From: Lama glama
Taxonomy: Eukaryota
Assembly: GCA_028534125.1 (NCBI GenBank)
Contig: CM052816.1
Span: forward strand, 4,900,001 to 4,964,000
Length of the DNA stretch: 64,000 nt
Direction of reading: 5' to 3'
The notes under the pieces are model-generated. The model did no database searches. It saw only the letters and a program-made list of their open reading frames with translations, and was not told the origin of the DNA. The position numbers and the translations under genes are program-made. Positions 50,600-61,283 of the stretch are shown one piece after another (within the stretch, counting starts at the first letter, position 1; every line of letters starts with the position of its first letter).

Positions 50600-53415
50600 A
50601 AGCGGGCCCTTAAGGCTGCCTGGCAGTCCTAATATATTTCCCTAGTCCATTTATTCTCCTAGCCTGTGCAGACAAACTTCATATCTCTTCTTGCTACTCA
50701 CAACCCCCCATATCTCCTCCCTTATCCTCAATCTCAGCTGACAATCACGCCTACTCACTGAGAAAATTGAAGAAACAGAAGAGACAATCCACAAGCTCCC
50801 ACCACCTAATCTATATACCTGCATTCATGTTCATAAATATTTACTACCTTCTCTTGTTACTATGCCTGCACCGTCTATGCCCTAGCTTGGACCAATCCCA
50901 TCCCTTGCTCCCTAGATCCAATTCCTTCCCACCTACTCAAGGAGACTGCTCCAGCAATTCGTTCTTCCCCCTTTTAAATCATCCATTTTTTTCTTCTCTA
51001 TTGGACTGCTCCCATTAGCAAACAAATATACTCTAATATCTCCCAACTTAAACCGTCCCCTGACCAAGTTCCTCTAGCTACTGCTGAACTCCTTGAATGA
51101 GTTACCTAAACTCTCTATGCCTAATTCTAGCCCCACCCCCATTCATCCTTCACCCTCTCCAGTCAGGCTCTTTTGCGTGCATCACTCCACCAAAACTCCT
51201 TTATCAAGGTCACCAAGATATCTGTGCTGTAAAATCCAACGGTGAACTCTCAGTCCTTATCTCAGAATGATCTAAATATCTCTGGCAAAAGGGGTCTGAC
51301 CACCCAACAATTCCAATGCTGGGAGAGGTTCCTCACACCACCAACAATCAACGCTCCAGCTAAGTGTCCTACAACTGAACTCAATTCTAACACTACCTAC
51401 CTAGAGACAGCATCAGATTCCACGAGTTAATGGCCCAGTCGCACAAGACCACCCTCCAATTCAGACGCCAATGGCAAGCCCAAGTTGTTACCTGTGCTTC
51501 AGAACTACTGGCTATAAATCAAGAGGTTCTCATGACCCCCTCCTAGGGTTTAATTAACTTGCTAGAGCAGGCCATAGAATTCAGGAAACCTATTTATGCA
51601 CTAGATTACCTATTTATTAAAAAAGATATTAAAAGATGTGAATCAGCAGCAAGAAGAAGAGACACATAGGGCAAGGTCCTGAACATAGGCTTCCGTCCTC
51701 TTGAAACCTGGGGCCCAGCACAGTGGCACACTGAAATGTTCTGGTTCCCCAACTCAGAAGTTCTCCAAACCCTCTCCTTTTGGGTCTTCAGGGAGGCTTC
51801 ATTACGTAGGCATAATTAACTAAATCATTGGCCATTGGTGACTGATTCAACCTCCAGCCCTTCTCCCCTCGGTGGAAAAGTTCCACCCCTCTATTCATGG
51901 TTGGTTCCCCTGGCAACCAGTCCCTAATCTTAGCCGCTTCCCAAAAGTCACCTAATTAACAAAAGGCCCGTTGTGGTGGAAAGCGGCTTGTCAAAAATAA
52001 CAAGACAGCTATTTCACTTTCATGGCTCCAAATACATTTCAGGAACTGAGGACAAGAGACCAAATATGACAAAAGATGCTCCCATTACCCTTATGGCTCA
52101 GGAAATCCCAAGGGTTTTGGGAGCTGTAAGCCAGAATTACAAAGACTAAATATATATAAGAAATATTCTCATAAATCACAATATCACATCTGGTCATGTG
52201 CTCTTCCTTGAAACACTTTATTTGGGTTCTAGGACACCACACACTCTGGGTTTTCCTCTCTACATACATCTCCAGTCTCCTTCTGTCCTCCTACCTGGAT
52301 CTGTGAATGTTGGCTGTCGCAGTAGGAATCAATCCTTGGACTCTTGTGCTATCTATATTCACACTCATGGTGAAGTCAACCACTCTCCTGGCTTTAAACA
52401 CTGTTCATACACTGATGACTACCAAATTCACATGCCTTCTCTGAACTCCAAACCTAAAAATGCAATTGCCTCCTCACTTCTCCACTGTTAAGTTACTGGA
52501 TCTCCCAAACTTCACAAGCCCCAAACTGAGCTCCTGACATTCTCCCTAAAAACTGCTCCTCTGGAAGTCTTCCTATCTCAGTCAACAGAACTCCATCCTT
52601 TAGTTGTTCAGGTCATAAACCCTGATATCACCCTTCTTTCTCACACCCCATATCCAATCCATCAGTAAGAACTGTCAGCTGCCACTGATATACTGCCAAA
52701 ATCCAACCACTTACCCACCTTCACAGCCACCTAATTCAAGCCACCAAAATCTCTAACCAGAAATATCCAATGGTCTTTGCTTCTATCCTGTTCTCCATCC
52801 CCGCTCTGGTCTAGTCTCAGCACAGAAAGAACCACTCAGACAAAAGTCAGATCACAGCACTCCTACACACAAAACCCAGCTATGCTTTCCCATCTCACTC
52901 AGAATAAAAATCAAAGCACTTACAATGACCCACAAAGCTCTACATGATCTCCTAGTCCTTTTTCTGATCTCATCTCCTATTACCAACTCTGTCCTCTCAC
53001 TCCCTGCTTTCAACCATACAAGGTATGTTCCTTCCTCGGGACTCTGCACTCATGGTCCATCTGTCTAGAATGCAGTCGCTCGATGCTGGCCTAGTTTGAC
53101 AGCATGATCCCTTATTTCCTTCAGATCTTTACCCAAATGCTTTCTTCTTCGTGAGGCCTTTCCTATCCAAAACTGCAACCTCCCTCTCATATACACATAC
53201 TTCCTATTTCCATTCTCTGCTTTCATTTTTCTCCTAAGCAGTTGTCATTATCTAACACACTCTGTATTTTACTTATTTTGCCTATCATTTGCCTCACCAG
53301 AGTGTACTCGCCATGAGGGCAGGGATTATTATGTTTTTTGTTCACTACAAAATTCCTGGTGTTAGAACAGTACCTGGCACAAAGCAGGCACTAAATACGT
53401 ATTTGTAGAATGAAT
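50600..53415 (+). mobile_element. Long LINE L2 remnant interrupted by an LTR
   Basis: C-rich L2 body (actccaccaaaactcctttatcaaggtcaccaa; cttccttgaaacactttat; ggctttaaacact..tacactgatgactaccaaatt) ending cagtacctggcacaaagcaggcactaaatacgtatttgtagaatgaat. Confidence 0.75.
51280..52188 (-). mobile_element. MER21-family ERV LTR
   Basis: ctcaattctaacactacctacctagagacagcatcagattccac..caggaaatcccaagggttttgggagctgt..tcacaatatcaca (tgtgatattgtga LTR start on -). Confidence 0.75.
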
Positions 53416-54454
53416 TCAAAAATACAGAGAACAGCCAGGTAATATAAACATGGTAAGAGAGCTGGGTATAAATAAGTAGGCAAAACTTTAACATGTGGTT
53501 AGAAAATGAGGAAAACTGAAGAATATATGGCCCATCTAAACAGTGGTACACTCTTCTGCTCTAGAAAATTGTTGCCATACCTTACAGTGCGTAACAGAAT
53601 CTAGAAACCTAGATTTTGATGAGAAGGCCACCAGTTTTTAAATGTTGATTTAAAAGGAAGTTTTTAAATACTGTATAACCCAAGCAAAACACACCTTTTG
53701 GCTTGACTTATCAAATAGATCTCCAATCTGTAACCTCCTAGGGTAAGCTACCAGAGGCCCAAAGCAACTACTTAAAGAAGTCTCAGTCTTCCCTGCCCCC
53801 ATGTTATTCTTCTTTTTCATGACATAGCACATGTATGTGTGTGTATATACATATATAAATATCTGCATGTTTATATATTTGGGGGTGTTTGGCCTACTAT
53901 AGAGAGGGATGAGAACAAATAAAAAACAAAGTCACAATTCTCAGAACAATTTTTAACAAAGAATTTGAGAATAAATCAAAAAGTTTATAAATATATTCTT
54001 GATCAACTTCCTACTTCACAGACTTAACATCTTCCCTCAGAGAAGCTAGTGTGAGCCCCTGACATCAATAATCAATTGAAAATAAAGCATTAACCCTTTC
54101 AGATCACTACTGTATCATTCATAGTAATAACAGTCATATTCTAATGAGTAACTCATTGCATGGGCAAACAGAGCTTCCGAAGGCCTTATTTTAACTTAAG
54201 GAATAATTAGAATAAAGAAAAATAAATAAAATAGAATAAATAAATGAATTTGGATAATCAGCACAAACTATTCTATTACATAACGGTAGAAATCTGTATC
54301 CATGCTAAATTTGCCATTAGGATTTCTTCTTGGTACTAGAGTGAAAAAAAAAAAATCTCAATTCCTGGCAGTATTTGAGACTACAACTTGCCATCTGTCA
54401 GGCTGACTTATACTTTACCAACTTATACCTACTGACCAACTAATAAGGATAGGG

Positions 54455-55120
54455 TACTCTGATGTCTTTTTCCTGACACCACTTCTGACACCAACGAGTA
54501 GGGGGTTTTCTATACCAACAATCAATTCTCTAACACTAACTGGGTATCCAACAATTGAATTCAATTCTAACCATCTACCTGAAGGTTAGCTTCAGATCCC
54601 ATAAGTTAAAGGGTGCAGTCCCACAAGACTGCCCCCACTTCAGAAGCCAGACACAAAAGGGGTGTCGAGATTACCCACATTTCTGCCTGGCTGACTACAA
54701 ATCTAGTTCTCATGGTCCCCACCTCCACCCACAAGTTCAATAATTTGCTAGAAGAGCTCACAGACCTCAAGGAAATACTTTTCCTATGTTTATTATAAAG
54801 GATTCAACTCAGGAACAGTCAAATGGAAGTGATGCATAGGACAAGGTACGGTGGGGAGGGCACAGAGCGTCTATGCCCTTTCCAGGCACACCACCTTCCA
54901 AACACATCAATGTGTTCACCAGCCCAGAAGCTCTCAGAACCTTGTACCTTGCTCCAGTTTTTGTAACCTGATTCCCAGCTCTTATCCAATCTCTTTGTTT
55001 CAAAAGGGGCTCATTATGAACAACAAAAGACACTCCTATCACTCAGGAAGTTCCAATGATTTTAGGAGCTCTGTGCAAGGAACCAAAGACAAAGACCAAA
55101 TATATTTATTATACTACAGA
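54455..55120 (-). mobile_element. MER21-family ERV LTR (second copy)
   Basis: caccacttctgacaccaac..ttcaattctaaccatctacctgaaggttagc..cccacaagactgcccccacttcaga..caggaagttccaatgattttaggagctctgtg; parallels 51280-52188. Confidence 0.72.
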
Positions 55121-55446
55121 TACTATACTAGGTGATGAGAAGGCAAAGAAACATAAAGCGTATTTCTAGCCCTCGAGTGATTTGAAATTCAGAGAGAGAA
55201 TTAACCATAAATGTTTCACAGGCATTAGAATGTCAGAAGTAACAGGAGGGCTATAGTAACTGGGATGGCTTTAAGGAGCTGGAACTTGAGCTGCATGTTG
55301 AAGAAAGTGCAGGCTTCCACATTCAGAAACCTGGTAAAAGAGCACTCCAGGCTGCAGACACAGCAGAAGTAACGGTGTGATTTACAGGGCATCTTGCTGA
55401 AATAAAGATTTGAAGATGAGGTACAAGACGTCTTGTGAGGGAGAAT

Positions 55447-55828
55447 GCAGTGGACTGAATGGTGGCCTCACGTCCTCTTCCCCAGAACCTGTGAATAATA
55501 CCTTCTACAGCAAAGGAGGTAATTAAGTTAGGGATCCTGAGATAAGGAGCTTATCCTGGATTACCTTCTTCAGTCCTAAATGTAATCCCATGTATTTTAA
55601 TGAGAGAGATGCAAAGTTTTGAAGCAGACAAATGGAGGGAACTGTAAGTTGAAGACAAGCCAGATGTTGGAAGAGGCAAGGAATGGATTCTCCCCTACAG
55701 CTTCCAGAGAGAATGGCCCTGCTGATTTTGGACTTCTGGCCTCCAGAAATACAAGAGGATAAATTTCCATTGTTTTAAGCCACCCAGTTTGAGGTAATTC
55801 GTTATAGCAGCCTTAAGAAATTAATACA
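55447..55828 (+). mobile_element. MaLR LTR (MLT1D-like)
   Basis: tgcagtggactgaatggtggcc...ggaagaggcaaggaatggattctccccta..ttttaagccacccagtttgaggtaattcgttatagcagcc..aattaataca. Confidence 0.8.
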
Positions 55829-58800
55829 GAAACTTTTCAGATACAAACCAGATCAACCAGATACAAACTCTAATGGAAAGAGGAGTCTTGAGAGTGCTTG
55901 AAAGGAATAAAGGGTCACGTAAACAAGAGACTCACTAAATGAACATAAATATTATGGAACTGAAAATGTCCATCTATAAGGTCTCCTCATTTTAGGGAAT
56001 GGCCATTTTAGGGCTTACTGACAAGCTACAACTAATGGTCAATTTTTCTTTTTCAAAAGTAAATGTCAGTATATACTGGATTTCCATCTAAATCTATTTA
56101 ACTAAAACATTAAAATAAAAGATCATTAAACTGCACCATTTTGATCGTGGTTTGTAGTTCTTGCAGACTGTCTTCACTTTTAGGAGATATAGTCTGAAGT
56201 GATTAGGAATAAAGTACCATAATGTGTACAACTCACTTTCAAATGACTCAGGGGAAAAAAGCATGTATATTTATAGAAACACTTAAAGTCATGTTATCAA
56301 CTGATGAATCCAGATGAAGGATTCTTTCAATTTTCCTGTAGGACTGAAATTTTCAAAATAAATCAAGGGAAATATTTCACCCATTAACACAAGGGTCACT
56401 GCCTGACATATTTTCCAACATACTTTACACCATTAATCATTATTGTGTAGTTATGTTTATTATTATTATTATGTGTACTATTACTTATGTTTACTTATGC
56501 TGTCCCAGTGCAAAGATTCCTAGATTGAGGATTATGAAATTACAAGTCAAACTATGAATGTCATATGCATTTTTTCTGGGAACACGTTTTGTGATTTTTG
56601 TCATAATTTCAAAGGGGTCTGTGACTCAAATTTAAAAACCACTGTCCTAAAACAACCTCTCAGATCACAGGGTAAGACTTAATTAAGAGTACACATCAAT
56701 GTGGTTGTCAAATCTGGTCATGGCAATCAGAACACTGAAAGCATAAACACATAAAAACCAGAGATAATTTCTACCCTTTACTTTGGAAAAGTCCCTTAAG
56801 AGTGACTCGATTAAATAAAAAAGTAACCTAATGTATGTTTCAGTTTATCTTCTGCGAATCGTCCTATAAAAGTAGGGCTGACAGATGAAATACGTAATCT
56901 CATCTAGGGGTGCTGAGTAGCTACTGACTGGTTTCAGCATAAAATCTGACTCCTCTCAAAAAACTTCATGGCAGTAGCATCTCCATCACCACACCTCCAC
57001 AGTGCCAGGCACTATAATAGACATTTTATGTACTAGTCTCTTAATTCTCACAATCACCCTTGAAGTTAAATATTATTAAATATCATTTCTTGAGATGAGG
57101 AAACTGAGCCTCAGAGAAGTTAAGCAAATGGCCTAAGGCCACACACAACACATGACCCTGACAGCGACCTAAAATCCAGCTCTGTCACCTGCAGCCCAAT
57201 GTTTATTCAAATATATCACACTGCTGTCATCATTTTTCCACCAAACTGCTGATTCATGACATTTCCAACTTGGCTTTCTTGTGGAGAATTTTAACTTATG
57301 TACAGTTTAGTAACTAGTGCTGTCAAACTTTTACACTGACCTTTCTATTTCTAAACCACTAAAATGTACTCTTCACTCTTTTAACTAGAACTTTAAAATC
57401 AGCTCTTTCAGACTCACCCAACAGGGCTCATCACTGTTTTCCTGTGATGTCAGAGAACACGACTTACAGCCAGAGAATTTTCTGTTTAGATCCTAGATTT
57501 ACCATGTCCTTGCTGTGTAACCTTCAGTAAGCCACAGAACTTCCCAAATGCATGCATACGTAGAATGGGAGACTTGAAATTCAAAGGTTGGAAATTGTCA
57601 GTCTACTACCAAATACAGCCTGCAGAAAAGTTTTATTCGGTCAGCACCACTGTTTCTTAATCCAATTCAATGCTTTTAGATGAGGAATGCACGCTACTGA
57701 CAGCCAGAGGTCCTACCATTCTCTCTTATTTTACAAAGACCACTTCTAGTTCATTCATTTCTATTATCTGTGTGGTATCTGTATGCAGTTAGGTATCCAG
57801 TCACTAAATCAGATGATCTCTAAGATCTTACACAGTTATCATGAGCATTATTTTCACCTTTTGTACTTAGTTTTCATATGGTCATTTCCCCACTAGGAAG
57901 TCCAGAACAGGGTTTCATAAAATTATGTAACTTTGAAGCTAGAAAGAGCCTTAGAGATTATCTAGCAAAATCCAACCCTCTTGTATTACACAGATGAAAA
58001 GGCTGAAGCCAAACTGCTTCAGCTACTTGCTCAGAGCTTCCCAATACATGTCAGTGCCAGACAACTTAAATCAACCAAAATTGACAAAATATTCCAATGG
58101 GCAAGACCCTATGCTGGAGCTACAAAGAGAAGCAAGAACTGTTCCTAACTGTCCAGGAGATATAAGGTAGCAGACACCTACCTATACATGAAGCCATTAT
58201 TTAAGGAACACATGTTAAAAGGAAGGAAAAATTAATTTCTTTCATTTTTAGTGAGATCTGAGAAAATCTCATGAAGTTAAAACATTTAAACAGAGGGTTT
58301 GAATAATGAAGACTGCTGTTAATGACAGAAAGTGAGGACAGAGAAAAAGCCAAGAAACAAGTAAAGGCAAAGCACTCTCAGAAAAAGTAAGTACATCAGC
58401 ACGGCCACGGGTGAACTGATAGAAGACAATCTAACATAGCAAAGTGAAGACAAATCCTAAGTGCCAGTACTTTCAATTTTATTCTTTAGCCCACATCTTC
58501 GTCTCTCAAGCCAGGAATCTAAGACAAGGCTAAATATAATGGAAACTCAGTAATAATTCATAATGATAAAAACACTGATGGCAGTTAAGATTTAAGGTGG
58601 GGTCATTATATGCCATGCACTGCGCAAAACACTTCACATATATTACCTCACTTAATCCTCATTACAAATCTATAAGGTAGGTATTAACATTCCTCTCATA
58701 TCAGGAAAGAGAACTTAAGGTTAGAAAGAATAAGTAACTTTTCCAAAATCACAGTCTGTCTCCAAAACCTACGAACTAAACCTCAATTAAGTTTAACAAA

Positions 58801-59477
58801 TGCACTGAGTAGAAAATTTACAATCAATTATCAATCTCCAAATACGAACAGCTGTACTACAGAAGAGGCCCTATGAGAAGGACGCAGAGAAAACTTCTTG
58901 CCAGTACTGACTCAATTGCATTCCTTAACCCTAAAGAACGATATTGTCCTAAGGTCAAAGAATACTGTAAAAAATATAGTATAAAACTTCCAAACTTCCT
59001 ATAAATAGAAACCTTGGGCAACTTATTTTACTTTGGGGACTTCAATTTTCTTGTGTGAAAAAAGGGGTACAGCAGTACCTACTCTACGTAGAATGTTGCG
59101 TATGAAGATTGTAACACAACGTCAGGCTCAGTGTAAACCGCATTTGTCCACAACACTCCCTGCTCATGTAAGCAAGTTAACTAGAGAGGGAGCCTGAAAA
59201 GTACGCTCCCAACATGGTTGGGAGAGTCTAATCTACCAGAAAGAACAGAAAAGAGTGTTGGGAAGACATATTTACAATGTTGCTCGGTCACAGGTAAACC
59301 TGAGCCCTGAAGGTATATGCAATGCGGCAGCGAAAAAACGAAGTGCAAAGTGGACTCTGGCTGTCTGGTTCGCTAGCCTCAGAGCCTAAAGCAGAGCCTG
59401 ACACCCAGACTCTCAGAAACGGACTGGCACATAAGGGAGCCTTGGACCCTTTCGCAACTCCAAGACGAGAGACTTAC

Positions 59478-59520
59478 CCCAACGCCAGCTTCCCCCTCAG
59501 ATTCTGCAACCATAACGCAC
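59478..59520 (-). CDS. MRPL22: MRPL22 coding exon 2
   Basis: ttgcag|GT GCG TTA TGG TTG CAG AAT CTG AGG GGG AAG CTG GCG TTG GG|gtaagt = (G)ALWLQNLRGKLAL(G); 43 nt, after a 74-nt intron 1. Confidence 0.92.
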
Positions 59521-59594
59521 CTGCAACATCAACGCAAGCCGTCAATTCAGACTCACCTCCACTCCCTTCTTCCATCCCTTAAAGAAACCCTTAC

Positions 59595-59622
59595 CCGAAC
59601 GTTCCAGTATTGCCGCAGCCAT
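59595..59622 (-). CDS. MRPL22: MRPL22 (mitochondrial ribosomal protein L22/uL22m) coding exon 1
   Basis: ATG GCT GCG GCA ATA CTG GAA CGT TCG G|gtaag = MAAAILERS(G); 28 nt in a CpG-rich promoter region; resembles the mammalian MRPL22 N-terminus (MAAAVL...). Confidence 0.93.
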
Positions 59623-59920
59623 CTTCTCCCACCCTCTACGGAAGCCTCCGAGGTCAGACGCCGACTGAGCAATACGCATGCGCAGTTCTCGGGTTTTTCT
59701 CCCCACCCACCCTTTTTCTCCCCACCCATCCTTTTTCTCATCGCGAGACCGAGCGGCACCTACTCCCCAGGTGTCGTCATGGAGATTGTAAGCACGCTGC
59801 TGGCGCTTCCAGCATGGTCCCGCCAGCCTGGCTTCGGATGAATGAATTAATAAACGCCCTAAATTAGCGAGTTTCCGGAGATTCATGGGGATCCAGAAAA
59901 ACTGTGAAGCCTCGCCTCAC
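59600..59920. promoter_or_regulatory. CpG-rich MRPL22 promoter (possibly shared with divergent GEMIN5)
   Basis: High CpG density; YY1-like GAAGATGGCTGC overlapping the ATG (59615-59626, -); ETS/GABP CGGAAG (59639-59644); NRF1-like TGCGCATGCGTA (59673-59684, -); near-palindromic CATCGCGAGA, BANP/ZBTB33-like (59739-59748). This set is typical of nuclear-encoded mitochondrial genes. Confidence 0.75.
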
Positions 59921-60074
59921 AAATGACCTGGAAAGATTAGGAAAACAGAGATCGTGAACAAGCCAACTAACGGGTGGGCTTCAGTTTTCTCGTCAGTAAA
60001 ACAGTCTGACATAAGTATTCTGTGGCATAGGCTTGTAAAGATCACTAGAGATAAATGAAAGCTCTTCTAAAGAG

Positions 60075-60272
60075 CAAACATACAAACTACTATTTATAAA
60101 ACAAATAAGCCACAAGGATATATTGTACAGTTCAGGGAATATGGCCAATATTTCATAATAACTTTAAATGGAGTATAATCTACAAAAATTTTGAATCAAT
60201 ATGTTGTACACCTGAAACTCATATAATACTGTTACTCAACTATACTTCAATAAATAAAAATAAAAAACAAAC
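60075..60272 (+). mobile_element. L1 3' terminal fragment
   Basis: caaggatatattgtacag..gggaatatggccaatatttcataataactttaaatggagtataatc..tgtacacctgaaact..caactatacttcaataaa. Confidence 0.8.
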
Positions 60273-60499
60273 AGTTCAAATACAAAGGATAACGCTAATC
60301 TCCAGGTTGACGTCCAAAAGATGAATTAATATTCATCAGGCACTTGCTACCATATATGCCCGGTAAGCGTTTCACTAAATTTCAGATATTCCTCTGGCAA
60401 TCCAACAAGGCATGGATTATCATCTTCCTTCTCCAAATGAGGGAAGAGATGTAGGATGGGTTAAAGTCTCTCAGATAACAACTGGCAATACTAGCTTAC

Positions 60500-60999
60500 N
60501 NNNNNNNNNNNNNNNNNNNNNNNNNNNNNNNNNNNNNNNNNNNNNNNNNNNNNNNNNNNNNNNNNNNNNNNNNNNNNNNNNNNNNNNNNNNNNNNNNNNN
60601 NNNNNNNNNNNNNNNNNNNNNNNNNNNNNNNNNNNNNNNNNNNNNNNNNNNNNNNNNNNNNNNNNNNNNNNNNNNNNNNNNNNNNNNNNNNNNNNNNNNN
60701 NNNNNNNNNNNNNNNNNNNNNNNNNNNNNNNNNNNNNNNNNNNNNNNNNNNNNNNNNNNNNNNNNNNNNNNNNNNNNNNNNNNNNNNNNNNNNNNNNNNN
60801 NNNNNNNNNNNNNNNNNNNNNNNNNNNNNNNNNNNNNNNNNNNNNNNNNNNNNNNNNNNNNNNNNNNNNNNNNNNNNNNNNNNNNNNNNNNNNNNNNNNN
60901 NNNNNNNNNNNNNNNNNNNNNNNNNNNNNNNNNNNNNNNNNNNNNNNNNNNNNNNNNNNNNNNNNNNNNNNNNNNNNNNNNNNNNNNNNNNNNNNNNNN
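60500..60999. other. Assembly gap (exactly 500 N)
   Basis: Run of N; the round length suggests a placeholder size. Confidence 0.99.
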
Positions 61000-61037
61000 A
61001 CCTAGATAATGTGCCTAGCTTTATTTATACAGGTTAA

Positions 61038-61283
<246 letters not shown>

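Noticed and set aside
60412..61005. 197-aa ORF
   Set aside because: Artefact of translating through the N gap.
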